The notes below the pieces were generated by a model that made no database searches, was not told the DNA's origin, and saw only the letters and a program-made list of their open reading frames with translations. The translations under genes and the position numbers were made by a program. 64,000 bases of DNA, taken from contig CBDCTH010000012.1 in assembly GCA_965222155.1 (NCBI GenBank), forward strand, positions 1,408,001 to 1,472,000, in the 5' to 3' direction. This document shows, in pieces, positions 10,912-21,727 of the stretch; within the stretch, counting starts at the first letter, position 1, and each line of letters opens with the position of its first letter. This DNA comes from Gammaproteobacteria bacterium (GTDB taxonomy: Bacteria; Pseudomonadota; Gammaproteobacteria; Eutrophobiales; Eutrophobiaceae).

Positions 10912-11483
10912 AGCGTCGCACCTTTCTCGCTGCTTCAGCCGTATTCGGTGGAATGGTGTCTGCTACGGTACAGCAGGCTCTGATTGCTGTCGCAAATGCA
11001 GGTGAGGTGAATAGTGTTCTCGATTCGCAAAGACGTCGTTGCCTTGAAGCGCTGGTTGAGCGCATCATACCCGCCACCGACACACCTGGCGCCCTTGAGG
11101 CCGGCGTACCCGATTTCATTGAGCTTATACTTGCGAAGGGGTTTGTGGCGGACGACGCAAAACGGTTCATTGCCGGGATCGACGAAGTGGAGGACTTGAG
11201 TCACGGCAATTACGGAAGTGATTACATTATGCTGAGCGCTGCTCAACAGGACACGATATTGACCCGACTGGAGCAGAATACAGCAACATTGAAGCAGGAT
11301 GACCCTACACCGTTTTTTCAGGTGCTAAAGGAACTTACCCTGGTCGGTTATTATACCTCGGAGATTGGCGCCACCGAGGAAATTCGATACCTGCCCGCTC
11401 CCGGTCGTTATGATGGGTGCGTTGAGTGGAAAGAAGGGGATCGTGTTTTTTTCTTCGGTTCACCACTGGATAAGTTCATATGA
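10908..11483 (+). CDS. Gluconate 2-dehydrogenase subunit 3 family protein (Tat hitchhiker subunit of a GMC dehydrogenase)
   Basis: Tat signal MKRRTFL; IIPATDTPGA and KELTLVGYYTSEIG motifs; overlaps the GMC gene. Confidence 0.9.
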   Translation: MKRRTFLAASAVFGGMVSATVQQALIAVANAGEVNSVLDSQRRRCLEALVERIIPATDTPGALEAGVPDFIELILAKGFVADDAKRFIAGIDEVEDLSHGNYGSDYIMLSAAQQDTILTRLEQNTATLKQDDPTPFFQVLKELTLVGYYTSEIGATEEIRYLPAPGRYDGCVEWKEGDRVFFFGSPLDKFI

Positions 11484-13189
11484 ACACACAAAGTATATCC
11501 GATATCACAGATTTCGACGCTATCGTCATCGGTTCAGGGATCACAGGCGGTTGGGCGGCGAAGGAACTATGTGAGGCCGGGCTTAAGGTTTTGATGCTGG
11601 AACGTGGTCGCAATGTAGAACATATCAAGGACTACACGACCGAGCACAAGGCCCCCTGGGAAATGCAGTTCAGGGGAGAAGGTTCACAGCAGGAGAATCA
11701 GCGGGATTATGCCCTTCAAAGTACCCATTGGTTGTTCAACGAATATTCACAACAGTATTTCGTCAAGGATGCGGATCACCCTTATATCTCTGATCCTGAT
11801 CACCCGTTCAAATGGTACCGGGGTTACCAGGTCGGCGGGCGTTCCCTGATTTGGGGGCGCCAGTCCCTGCGCTGGAGTGACCTCGACTTCGAGGCCAATG
11901 CCAAAGACAGGCACGGCATCGACTGGCCGATTCGCTATCGCGACATTGCCCCCTGGTACGAGTACGTTGAGGATTTTATCGGTGTCAGTGGTGAGGCGTT
12001 AGGGCTACCGCAACTGCCGGACGGAAAGTTCCTGCCACCTATGCAGTTTAACTGTGCAGAGCAATTTTTCAAGGATAAGGTTGAAACAATTTTTCCTGAC
12101 CGGGTGGTGGCCATGGGTCGCGCTGCTGTCAATACTGTTCCGCATCGCGGGCGGGGGGCGTGTCACTATTGCGGTCCCTGTGAGCGCGGCTGCTCAGTCG
12201 GCGCCTATTTCAGCACACAAAGCTCTACCCTGCCGGCGGCACAGGCAACCGATAATCTCACACTGAAAGCGGATCAGATTGTGGAGCGGGTTAATTACGA
12301 AAATGAATCGAAGCGCGCGAGTAGTGTTTCTGTCATCGACGCAAATACCCGCGAACGTCAGAATTACTCTGCACGCGTGATCTTCGTCTGCGCATCGACT
12401 GTCGCCAGTAATCATATTTTGCTCAATTCGCGCTCAGAGTCTTTTCCCACCGGCCTCGGTAACTCAAGTGGGACGCTGGGCCACTATCTGATGGATCACG
12501 CCTTTGCGGTAGCCGTAACCGCGCGTTTTCCCGGCATGCGCGACCGTTATTACTACGGCAACAGACCGAACACTATCTATGTTCCCAGGTTTCGTAACCT
12601 GGCTGACTCACAGGCGCAAGAAGCATATATTCGCGGTTACGCTTACCAGGGCAGGGCCTGGCGTCCGGGGTGGCGCCGCGGTTACTCACTGCCGGGCTTC
12701 GGCGCAGACTTAAAACAGGAGTTACGCCGGCCGGGACCCTGGGTACTGGTCCTGGTCACGGAGGGCGAATGCTTGCCGCGCTACGACAACGCGATTGAAT
12801 TGGACGACAAACAGACCGATAAATGGAATATACCGCAGATACGCATTCGGTTCGATTGGGGAGAAAACGAGCTTAAGCTTGCCGAGGATGGAAGACAGCA
12901 GGCGATCGCGATGGCGGAGACTGCGGGCTGCGAGATATTATCATCGTCCAATGAACTCATGCCTGGCGGTGCCGGCATTCACGAGATGGGCGGTATTCGC
13001 ATGGGACACGATCCCCGTGAGTCGGTCTTGAACAGCCACAACCAGATGCATGATGTCCCCAATGTATTCGTTACCGACGGGTCGTGCATGACGTCCTCCG
13101 GCTGGACAAATCCATCCTTGAATTATATGGCGCTGACCGCGCGGGCATGTGCTTACGCAGTTGAACAGCTAAAAACGGGTGTTATTTGA
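11480..13189 (+). CDS. GMC family flavoprotein, glycoside 3-dehydrogenase type
   Basis: IGSGITGGWAAKEL FAD motif, Cys cluster CHYCGPCERGC, catalytic IHEMGG and NPSL. Confidence 0.9.
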   Translation: MNTQSISDITDFDAIVIGSGITGGWAAKELCEAGLKVLMLERGRNVEHIKDYTTEHKAPWEMQFRGEGSQQENQRDYALQSTHWLFNEYSQQYFVKDADHPYISDPDHPFKWYRGYQVGGRSLIWGRQSLRWSDLDFEANAKDRHGIDWPIRYRDIAPWYEYVEDFIGVSGEALGLPQLPDGKFLPPMQFNCAEQFFKDKVETIFPDRVVAMGRAAVNTVPHRGRGACHYCGPCERGCSVGAYFSTQSSTLPAAQATDNLTLKADQIVERVNYENESKRASSVSVIDANTRERQNYSARVIFVCASTVASNHILLNSRSESFPTGLGNSSGTLGHYLMDHAFAVAVTARFPGMRDRYYYGNRPNTIYVPRFRNLADSQAQEAYIRGYAYQGRAWRPGWRRGYSLPGFGADLKQELRRPGPWVLVLVTEGECLPRYDNAIELDDKQTDKWNIPQIRIRFDWGENELKLAEDGRQQAIAMAETAGCEILSSSNELMPGGAGIHEMGGIRMGHDPRESVLNSHNQMHDVPNVFVTDGSCMTSSGWTNPSLNYMALTARACAYAVEQLKTGVI

Positions 13190-13234
13190 GATAACAGCCG
13201 GCCGCTATTTGCATCCAGCCAGGCTGAATCCGTA

Positions 13235-14449
13235 ATGGGCGCCATCTATATCGTTGTAACCTGCGATACCAAAGGCCATGAAGCCGATTGGCTGCGGAAC
13301 CGTTTTCTGGAACTCGGCGCGCAGGTTTGCCTGCTTGATGCCGGATGTCTTGGCACTCCCCAGACCTCCCCTGATATTCCGCGTGAGGCCGTTTTCCATG
13401 CTGCAGGCACAACCCATTCCGAAGCCGTTCGCCGTGGTGATCGAGGTGTGGCAGTTGACGCCGCGGCGAAAGGCGCCGCAGAGATCGTGCGTCAGGCATT
13501 CGAACATAATGAACTCAGCGGAGTAATTGGCCTCGGCGGATCGGCAGGAACCACGATCGGTACCGCGGCCATGCGAGCGCTGCCCATCGGGATTCCAAAG
13601 ATCATGATCTCAACCTTGACTTCCGGGGATGTGCGCGCCTACGTGCGTGATAAAGACATTGTAATGTGGAACCCGGTTGTTGACGTTGCAGGAATGAACC
13701 GGATAAGCCGTATGGTGCTTGGTAATGCCGCTGCGGCAATGGTCGGTATGGTGAATGCTATACCCATGGATAATGAGTCCCCGGAGCGTCCAATCATTGC
13801 GGCCACGATGTTTGGCGTCACAACACCCTGTGTAGATCATGCACGCGGACTCCTTGAAGATACCGGGTACGAGGTCTTGATCTTCCATGCAACCGGTACC
13901 GGAGGTGAGACACTGGAAGCGCTTGCGCGTGAAGGCTTGTTCGCGGGGGTACTCGATATAACTACAACCGAGATTGCAGACGAATTAGTAGGAGGCGTCC
14001 TTTCGGCGGGCCCGGATCGCTTGAGTGCGGCGGCGCAAGCCGGTATACCCCAGGTGGTTTCCGTGGGCGCCACCGACATGGTGAATTTTCTGGCCCGTGA
14101 TACAGTCCCCGAGTGTTTCGCACAACGTACCTTTTATCAGCATAACGCTAATGTTACGCTTATGCGTACGACGATAGAGGAGAACCATAAGATTGGTGCA
14201 GCGATCGGAGCCAGGGTCGCGAAATCAAAAGGCCCGGCTGCAATGCTGCTGCCGCTCAAGGGCGTTTCAGCTATGGATCGAGAGGGGAAGCCGTTCCATT
14301 CGCCGCACGCGCGTGCGACCTTGTTTGAAGCCGTGCGTCAAAACTGCGGCAGCGTGCCTTGCATTGAACTCGATTTACATATTAATGACCCGGAGTTTGC
14401 GGCAATGTCAGCCAACAAGCTCCTGGAGTTGATACAGGAAGGGATTTAG
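13235..14449 (+). CDS. Tm-1-like ATP-binding domain protein (UPF0261)
   Basis: TCDTKGHE, GLGGSAGT, MFGVTTPCV, FHATGTGG, DITTTEIAD, HNANVTLMRT. Confidence 0.9.
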   Translation: MGAIYIVVTCDTKGHEADWLRNRFLELGAQVCLLDAGCLGTPQTSPDIPREAVFHAAGTTHSEAVRRGDRGVAVDAAAKGAAEIVRQAFEHNELSGVIGLGGSAGTTIGTAAMRALPIGIPKIMISTLTSGDVRAYVRDKDIVMWNPVVDVAGMNRISRMVLGNAAAAMVGMVNAIPMDNESPERPIIAATMFGVTTPCVDHARGLLEDTGYEVLIFHATGTGGETLEALAREGLFAGVLDITTTEIADELVGGVLSAGPDRLSAAAQAGIPQVVSVGATDMVNFLARDTVPECFAQRTFYQHNANVTLMRTTIEENHKIGAAIGARVAKSKGPAAMLLPLKGVSAMDREGKPFHSPHARATLFEAVRQNCGSVPCIELDLHINDPEFAAMSANKLLELIQEGI

Positions 14450-15301
14450 ATGAAAGCAGTTATAGACAATTCACGTAGTGCGATTCTGAAGCGGTTCCAC
14501 GGCCAGATTGTCCGTAGTGAACCAATTATCGGCGGTGGTGCCGGCGTCGGTATTTCCGCCAAGAGCGAGGAGGCAGGCGGCATCGATCTGATCATCATCT
14601 ACAATTCGGGGCGCTATAGAATGGCGGGACGTGGTTCGACGGCCGGTCTCATGCCCTACGGTAACGCCAATGAGATCGTGAAGGAGATGGCGTACGAAAT
14701 TATTCCGGTGGTGAAGAAGACCCCGGTGATTGCCGGAGTTTGCGGAACCGATCCGTTCATTATCCCACACCTTTTCCTGCGTGAACTGAGTGAACTCGGG
14801 TTTGCCGGAATCCAGAATTTTCCCACAGTTGGTCTGTGCGATGGTCAGTTTCGCAATTCACTGGAGGAGACCGGCATGAGCTTCAAGCTGGAAGTTGATA
14901 TCATAGCCCTTGCCCACGAGATGGACCTGCTGACCACACCCTATGTGTTCAATACCGAAGAGGCCAGGTGGATGACGGAGGCCGGCGCTGATATCGTGGT
15001 CGCTCATATGGGCTGCACCAGTGGCGGATCCATTGGCGCAAAGAATGTTACTCCGCTTGATGAATGCGTGATCAGGGTTCAGGAAATAGTCGATGTCTGC
15101 AAGTCCATCCGAACCGATGTCATCTGTCTTTGCCATGGCGGCCCGATCGCTATGCCGGATGATGCTGCATATATCATTGAAAATGTCCGGGGCGTAGACG
15201 GGTTTTATGGGGCAAGTTCTACCGAGCGATTCCCGACCGAGATTGCCATCAGGAAACAAGTCGAAGCATTCAAGGCAATTCGCCTGCCGAATGGAGATTG
15301 A
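14450..15301 (+). CDS. TIM-barrel signal-transduction / PEP-hydrolase-like family protein
   Basis: [47 protein letters not shown]. Confidence 0.9.
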   Translation: MKAVIDNSRSAILKRFHGQIVRSEPIIGGGAGVGISAKSEEAGGIDLIIIYNSGRYRMAGRGSTAGLMPYGNANEIVKEMAYEIIPVVKKTPVIAGVCGTDPFIIPHLFLRELSELGFAGIQNFPTVGLCDGQFRNSLEETGMSFKLEVDIIALAHEMDLLTTPYVFNTEEARWMTEAGADIVVAHMGCTSGGSIGAKNVTPLDECVIRVQEIVDVCKSIRTDVICLCHGGPIAMPDDAAYIIENVRGVDGFYGASSTERFPTEIAIRKQVEAFKAIRLPNGD

Positions 15302-15303
15302 GC

Positions 15304-15729
15304 ATGTCTGATATATGCAATTGCCTGCGCTTTGTGAGTGGCTCAGAGGTAGAAATAGAGGAGTTACCCTGGGGACCGCATGAATGGCTGGTCAAGGAAG
15401 GCCTGACCGATAACGAACACCTGATGCTGGTGCGCGTGTGTATGCCGCCGGGTTGTGCCCACCAGTTTCATCGTCATCCACATATGGAAGAGATACTTTA
15501 CTACCTTGAGGGCCGGGCTCAGCAGTGGGTCGGCGAGCAACAGCGCATTCTGGGTCCGGGAGATGTCGCCCATATCCCCATGAACGAAGTACACGGGACC
15601 TACAATGTTTTTGAAGAACCCGTCACCTTTCTGGCTATTCTGGGACCGGCAAAAATACAGGGTCCGATGCTGATCGACGTCTACAAGGACGAACCGTGGT
15701 GCTCAATCAAGCACCCCATGGAATATTGA
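15304..15729 (+). CDS. Cupin domain protein
   Basis: HQFHRHPHMEE and GDVAHIPMNEVH cupin motifs; ATG 15304 follows GGAG. Confidence 0.9.
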   Translation: MSDICNCLRFVSGSEVEIEELPWGPHEWLVKEGLTDNEHLMLVRVCMPPGCAHQFHRHPHMEEILYYLEGRAQQWVGEQQRILGPGDVAHIPMNEVHGTYNVFEEPVTFLAILGPAKIQGPMLIDVYKDEPWCSIKHPMEY

Positions 15730-15833
15730 ATGACATGGCCGGGGAGTGGATAAAGATCAGATGGTGCTGTCGTTACCTTCTGTGGCCCGCATCTTTAACA
15801 GGCAAAAGCAGTAGATCGAAATAGGAGAGTGTT

Positions 15834-16808
15834 ATGAAACGTAGAACCTGTGTCAAACTTGGGTTGCTTTCGACAGGTGCAATCCTGTCGGGACTCGGAC
15901 CAATACTCGGTGTGTCTGCTAATGCAGATATGGAGACTTCCAACAAGGGTAATGGCTTTAGATCCATTCAAGCGAACCTGGGAATTGAGTTGTACCTGGT
16001 GCGCAGCGTGTTACAACAGGATTTCGAGGGCACACTCAATACATTAGCGGAGATTGGCTACAGCGAAGTAGAACTGTTCGGCTTCGGTCAAACGATATTC
16101 GTTGATGATCCCCTGTTTGGCTATAGCCCGCATGCAATGAAGCAATTGCTCGAGGACTTTGGTTTTGGGCTACACAGTGTGATGTATTCCGGGGCTGCCG
16201 ATGATCTGGCAAAGGCCGCAGTCACGGCAAATGAACTGGGCGCCTCTTATCTGATTGAGGGAATGGCTGGAGAGTTTATTGAGAGAAGGCCGGAAGGACC
16301 CATTGTATCCGGAGTGACGGGCATCGATCAGGTTAAACGGATTGCCGACCGATTGAATACATTTGGTCAAATCTGCAAAAATAACGCCATCGGTTTCGCC
16401 TATCACAACCATCATATGGAGTTTGTACAACTGGGAGATGAGCCGGCCTATGACATTATCCTCCGGGAAACTGATCCGGAACTGGTAAAAATGGAGCTTG
16501 ATGTAGGCTGGGCCAAGGTTGCCGGTGCCGACAGTGCAGGCTACATCGAGCGTTATCCCGGGAGGTTTATCGCCTGCCACTTCAAGGATTACAATCCCGG
16601 GCTGCCTCCGTCAGAGAATTTTCCAATACCTGAGATGACGCAATTAGTCGCACCTGGTGACGGAACGGTTGATTATGCAAAGATAATGGCCGCAATGGAC
16701 CGCACCGGTGTTGAGCATGCTTACGTCGAAGTCGATCTGACGGACGAACCGTTAAAGCTGGCGCAGCGAGCCTTTACCTACCTTCGCAGTCTGGCGTACT
16801 CCGCCTGA
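15834..16808 (+). CDS. Tat-exported xylose-isomerase-like TIM barrel protein (paralog of 9955-10911)
   Basis: MKRRTCVKL Tat signal; YHNHHME, MELDVGW, HFKD, YVEVD; long shared blocks with the 9955 protein. Confidence 0.85.
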   Translation: MKRRTCVKLGLLSTGAILSGLGPILGVSANADMETSNKGNGFRSIQANLGIELYLVRSVLQQDFEGTLNTLAEIGYSEVELFGFGQTIFVDDPLFGYSPHAMKQLLEDFGFGLHSVMYSGAADDLAKAAVTANELGASYLIEGMAGEFIERRPEGPIVSGVTGIDQVKRIADRLNTFGQICKNNAIGFAYHNHHMEFVQLGDEPAYDIILRETDPELVKMELDVGWAKVAGADSAGYIERYPGRFIACHFKDYNPGLPPSENFPIPEMTQLVAPGDGTVDYAKIMAAMDRTGVEHAYVEVDLTDEPLKLAQRAFTYLRSLAYSA

Positions 16809-16821
16809 GACGACCCATGTA

Positions 16822-18318
16822 ATGGCTGTTTTCCTGGGTATCGATATTGGTACGCAAAGTGTCAAACTGGTTGCCTATGACGCTGAACGGCGCACTATTG
16901 TAAAATCCTGTCCTGCTGCTCTCGAGTTGATCAGCCGGGATGACGGCAGTCGTGAACAGTTGGCCCACTGGTGGATTGCGGCTATCCGCTCCTGTTTTGA
17001 CCAACTTGATCAGACAATCAAGACCCGGGTCAGGGCAATAGGAGTTTCAGGTCAACAACATGGATTTGTTCCCATGGATCAGTACGGCCGGGTACTTGCG
17101 CCGGTGAAACTCTGGTGCGACACATCAACAGTAAAGGAGTGTGAAGAGATAACCGAGACACTCGGCGGCACTGAAAAAGCAATCGCAATTGCCGGCAATC
17201 CAATCCTGCCGGGATATACGGCCTCCAAGGTACGCTGGTTAAAAAAACATAAGCCGGACGCTTATGCAAAGATGAAAACGATTCTGCTACCCCATGACTA
17301 TGTAAATTACTATTTGACTGGAGAATTATTCATGGAATATGGAGATGCCTCAGGGACGGGATGGCTGAATATTCGTACACGCCAATGGAGTGACGAAGTA
17401 CTGGCGGCTATGGATAACGAACGTGATTTGAAGGAATGTCTACCCTCACTGGTCCAACCGGACGAAGCGCAATTGATTTCTAAATCTGCCGCGGACGAGT
17501 TCGGGCTGTCTTATGACACCATAGTGTCTCCGGGAGGAGGGGACAATATGATGACCGCCTTCGGAACCGGCAACGTCAAGGAAGGATGTTTAACCATGAG
17601 CCTGGGCACATCCGGGACAATTTTTGCCTGTTCAGACAGCCCCGTAATTGACCCGGAAGGGGAGTTTGCTGCATTTTGCTCATCTTCGGGTGGCTGGCTG
17701 CCTTTGCTTTGCACCATGAACTGTACAGTCGCGACAGAAACCATACGGAAACTGGTGAAACTGGAATTGGCACAGGTTGAGACTATACTCAATAACACTC
17801 ACTCAGGGGCGGGCGGCATTGTTACATTGCCATTCTATAACGGTGAGCGCACACCCGATTTACCCCGTGGGAAGGGTTGTATCATGGGGATGGACCTGAA
17901 AAATGCAACTGAAGAAAATCTTTTTCGTTCGGCAATGGAAAGTGCGACATTTGGCCTGAAGAATGGATTTGAGGCGTTTGAACGAACAGGTTTGTCGTTT
18001 AGCAGTATCCGTGTGACGGGTGGCGGGGCTGCCAGTGCCGGTTGGAGGCAGATGATCGCAGATATCTTTGACTTGCCTGTTATCGTGCTGAAGCAGCAGG
18101 AAGGCGGGGCACTGGGCGCGGCGATACAGGCGCTCTGGGTTTGTCAATCCAGCCAGGGTGGAAGGGGAAGTATCAGTGAAATCGTCGATGAATACCTGCT
18201 CATTGAAGATGCCGCCACTCATGAACCGGATTCCCGGACTTCCGCTGAATATGGAGAATATTATCAAACTTACCTGAGACACCTCGAAGTCATCTCACCA
18301 CTTTATGCAGGAGACTGA
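16822..18318 (+). CDS. xylB: Xylulokinase (FGGY family)
   Basis: [38 protein letters not shown]; adjacent to xylA. Confidence 0.9.
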   Translation: MAVFLGIDIGTQSVKLVAYDAERRTIVKSCPAALELISRDDGSREQLAHWWIAAIRSCFDQLDQTIKTRVRAIGVSGQQHGFVPMDQYGRVLAPVKLWCDTSTVKECEEITETLGGTEKAIAIAGNPILPGYTASKVRWLKKHKPDAYAKMKTILLPHDYVNYYLTGELFMEYGDASGTGWLNIRTRQWSDEVLAAMDNERDLKECLPSLVQPDEAQLISKSAADEFGLSYDTIVSPGGGDNMMTAFGTGNVKEGCLTMSLGTSGTIFACSDSPVIDPEGEFAAFCSSSGGWLPLLCTMNCTVATETIRKLVKLELAQVETILNNTHSGAGGIVTLPFYNGERTPDLPRGKGCIMGMDLKNATEENLFRSAMESATFGLKNGFEAFERTGLSFSSIRVTGGGAASAGWRQMIADIFDLPVIVLKQQEGGALGAAIQALWVCQSSQGGRGSISEIVDEYLLIEDAATHEPDSRTSAEYGEYYQTYLRHLEVISPLYAGD

Positions 18319-18319
18319 T

Positions 18320-19660
18320 ATGAAGAGCAACTATTTCATCGGAAACAGGGAATATTTTGCGGGGATTCAGAAGATTCAATATGAAGGGCCCGAGTCTGAT
18401 AATCCTCTGGCTTTTAAACATTATGATGAAAACAAAGTCATTGGAGACAAGACCATGAAGGACCATCTGCGCTTCTCCGTGTGTTACTGGCATACTTTTT
18501 GTGGTACGGGCGGCGATCCGTTCGGCCCGGGAACTCAGGTGTTTGCTTGGAATGAACCAGCGGCTCCAATGGACGCTGCAAAAGCGAGAATGGATGCCGC
18601 TTTTGAATTTTTTACGAAACTGGGTGTACCGTATTTTTGTTTTCACGATCGTGATATCGCACCTCAAGGGGCAACGGTATCCGACTCCGAGGCAAATCTT
18701 GCCGTTATGACGGATATTGCTTTACAACGACAAAAGGAAACGGGGATGAAATTATTATGGGTGACGGCGAATTTGTTCAGCCACCCTCGTTACATGAACG
18801 GAGCCGCTACCAATCCGGACTTTTACGTACTTGCTCACGCCGCTGCGCAGGTCAAGAGCGCACTGGATGCAACAGTGAAGCTTAATGGTGAAAACTACGT
18901 CTTCTGGGGCGGCCGGGAAGGTTATGCGTCCCTGTTAAACACCGATACAAGATGCGAGCTTGATCACATGGCAAAATTTCTCAGTCTTGCCAGAGACTAC
19001 GGTCGCAGCATTGGTTTTAAAGGCAATTTTCTGATTGAACCGAAACCAATGGAACCCATGAAGCATCAATATGATTTTGATGCTGCGACTGTGATTGGCT
19101 TTCTGCGGCACTATGGACTCGATAAGGACTTTAAACTCAATATAGAGGCCAATCATGCGACGCTTGCCGGTCATAGCTTTGCCCATGATTTACAGGTGAG
19201 TGCCAATGCGGGAATGCTCGGTAGTATTGATGCCAATCGAGGCGATCCTCAAAATGGCTGGGACACTGATCAATTTTCTGTGGATTTATACGATACCGTA
19301 ACGGCAATGCTTGTAGTGCTTCAAAATGGCGGACTGAATCCCGGTGGTTTAAACTTTGATGCCAAAGTGAGACGTGAATCCATTGACATGGAAGACATCT
19401 TCATCGGGCATATCGGTGGGATTGATGCTTTTGCCAAAGGGTTGGAGGTAGCTTATGAACTGATTGAAAATTCTTCAATGATTACGGACAAGAAAAACCG
19501 GTACAGAAATTTCAATGAAGGGAGGGGAGCTGACTTTGAAAACGGCAGGCTTGACCTGATCGCGTTAAGGGATATTGCTGCCGAGCATGGTGAACCAGCA
19601 ATTGAAAGCGGTAAACAGGAGCATTATGAAAATCTACTTAACCAATATATGACTAAATAA
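18320..19660 (+). CDS. xylA: Xylose isomerase (class II)
   Basis: [41 protein letters not shown]; ATG 18320 follows AGGAG. Confidence 0.95.
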   Translation: MKSNYFIGNREYFAGIQKIQYEGPESDNPLAFKHYDENKVIGDKTMKDHLRFSVCYWHTFCGTGGDPFGPGTQVFAWNEPAAPMDAAKARMDAAFEFFTKLGVPYFCFHDRDIAPQGATVSDSEANLAVMTDIALQRQKETGMKLLWVTANLFSHPRYMNGAATNPDFYVLAHAAAQVKSALDATVKLNGENYVFWGGREGYASLLNTDTRCELDHMAKFLSLARDYGRSIGFKGNFLIEPKPMEPMKHQYDFDAATVIGFLRHYGLDKDFKLNIEANHATLAGHSFAHDLQVSANAGMLGSIDANRGDPQNGWDTDQFSVDLYDTVTAMLVVLQNGGLNPGGLNFDAKVRRESIDMEDIFIGHIGGIDAFAKGLEVAYELIENSSMITDKKNRYRNFNEGRGADFENGRLDLIALRDIAAEHGEPAIESGKQEHYENLLNQYMTK

Positions 19661-19743
19661 TAATAAGTAGTATCTGCTGTACAATATCGCTGACCAAAGC
19701 CGTTAATTTAAAAACTGATAACATAATCTCAGGGAGACTTGTT

Positions 19744-20364
19744 ATGGTTCCAGACACTATCACTGCCCCACAGTCATTGCGCGAACACTTTGGCGAACCT
19801 CTGCACATAGCCGTCGCGGTCGAAAAGCCGCAGCTTGACAAGCATCATCGGCGTTTTATTGAGCACTCACCATTCATTTGTATGGCAAGCGCCGGTGCCG
19901 ACGGCCAACCCGCCGTATCGCCAAAAGGCGACAAACCCGGTTTCGTCATGGTCCTGGACGATAAAACGCTCTTGATTCCTGACCGGCCGGGGAATAACAA
20001 GGTCGAAGGTTTCCATAACATGCTGGAAAACCCTAAAGTATCCCTGATATTTTTTATTCCCGGCATCATGGAGACCTTGCGTATCCACGGCGAAGCGGAA
20101 ATCGTGCTGGACACGGCTCTGCTTGAACTCGGTAAGACCGGGTCCAAGTTGCCTGCAACAGCCACGCTGGTAAAAGTCTCCAAAGCGTACATGCACTGTG
20201 GCAAGGCCCTTATCCGGTCGAAGCTCTGGGACCCTGAACAGCACATAGCCGAGGGCGTAATACCGCCGTTTGGCCAGGTTATCAAAGACCAGGCCAACGC
20301 GCCGATGACCCTGGAGCAGGTACAGAGCAAAGTGGATCAGGAGTACCAGGAAAACCTGTATTGA
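19744..20364 (+). CDS. Pyridoxamine 5'-phosphate oxidase-like FMN-binding protein (MSMEG_1061 type)
   Basis: SPKGD, IPDRPGNN, ETLRIHG, HCGKALIRSKLW. Confidence 0.85.
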   Translation: MVPDTITAPQSLREHFGEPLHIAVAVEKPQLDKHHRRFIEHSPFICMASAGADGQPAVSPKGDKPGFVMVLDDKTLLIPDRPGNNKVEGFHNMLENPKVSLIFFIPGIMETLRIHGEAEIVLDTALLELGKTGSKLPATATLVKVSKAYMHCGKALIRSKLWDPEQHIAEGVIPPFGQVIKDQANAPMTLEQVQSKVDQEYQENLY

Positions 20365-20374
20365 AACTTGTCGG

Positions 20375-21727
20375 ATGATCAATATAAACCGCCTCCTGCT
20401 GGCATCAGTACTATGCCTCCTGTCCCAGGTAGCGCAGGCGCAGGGTGGTGCCGGACAGGGCACGGCAATGCAGTTGCGAGAGGAGGGAATGGCATCCAAC
20501 CTGGCCTGGGAGATAGTCGAGGGGCTGACGACGGAAGTAGGCCCCCGTCTCGCCGGCACGGAAGCGGACCATCGCGCAGTCGAATGGGCGAAACAAAAAC
20601 TGGAGTCACTCTCGTTTGACAAGGTATGGCTGGAACGCATCGAATTCCCCGTCTGGACCCGTCATCACGAAAGCGCAAGGATTGTGTCACCTTTCCCGCA
20701 GCACCTGCATATCACAGCACTGGGTTACAGCGGCTCTACCGATGACGAAATTACTGCGGAAGTGGTTGGTTTTGTAAGCCTGGAGGCATTGAAGGAGGCC
20801 TCCCTGGAACAGATAAAAGACAGGATCGTTTTTATCAATTATTTTACCGAACGCACCCGTACCGGAGAGGGTTACAGCAATTCCGTCAATGTGCGTTATG
20901 AAGCGGGTTTGCTTGCCAGTGAAAAAGGCGCTGCTGCTGTATTGATCCGGTCTATCGGTACGGATAGCCACCGCTTCCCCCACACAGGCGTATCAACATT
21001 GAGCAAAGCCCCCCTGCCGGCTGCAGCGCTCTCTGCTCCGGATGCCGATCAACTGGCGCGTATTATGGAGCGCACTGAAACCGTCAGGATCTCCCTGGAT
21101 ATTAAAGTGGACTACCAGGAAACCGGGTATGGCTTCTGGTTGGAACTGATACTGCCAACCTCGCCAGGTCCCGGGATGGATATACTGGAAGAACAGGGAG
21201 ATGGTGCAATTGTTGAGATCAATTTTGAAGCGGTGTTGAATGATATGAAGGCAAGGAGTATCCCGATGTTTAACATGGACGGTTCGTCATTAGGGGAAGA
21301 TGGCTCAAGGAGGGCTGGAATGTGATTGCCCAGGTCAATGGCCGTGAGACACCTGAGAAAGTTGTCTTGATTGGCGCCCACCTGGATTCCTGGGACCTGG
21401 GAACAGGCGCGCTGGACGATGGGGCAGGTGTTGCCATCACCAGTGCCGCTGCGCACCTGATAGGTGAACTGCCGCGTAAGCCGCGCAGCAGTATTCGTCT
21501 GGTACTGTTCGGGAACGAGGAAGCCGGTTTATGGGGAGCGAAGCAATATGTGGCGGACAATACCGGTATTCTGGACGATCACCTCTATGCCTCCGAATCG
21601 GATTTTGGCGCAGGACCGGTCTGGCGCTTCGATACCGACAATCCCGTATTGATGGAAACCGGAAATGGTGCCATGCCTGTGCTGGAAGTTCTGGGTATTG
21701 AAAAAGGGGAGGCTGCCAGTTCCGGCG
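20375..21727 (+). pseudogene. M28 (carboxypeptidase Q-like) peptidase, interrupted by a 182-bp insertion and truncated at the 3' end
   Basis: N-part LTTEVGPRLAGT...PHTG; C-part GAHLDSWDLGTGALDDGAG, NEEAG, ESDFG. Removing 21134-21315 restores ETGYG-WNVIAQ in frame; sequence after about 21727 is the antisense of another gene. Confidence 0.8.

Noticed and set aside
18758-18772. XylA WVTAN instead of the usual WGTAN
   Set aside because: Single substitution; catalytic and metal-binding motifs appear intact, so there is no basis for a functional claim.
21134-21315. Intron, intein or IS as the peptidase insert
   Set aside because: Too short, no TIRs, not a multiple of three, no intein terminal residues; reads as an ordinary enzyme fragment.
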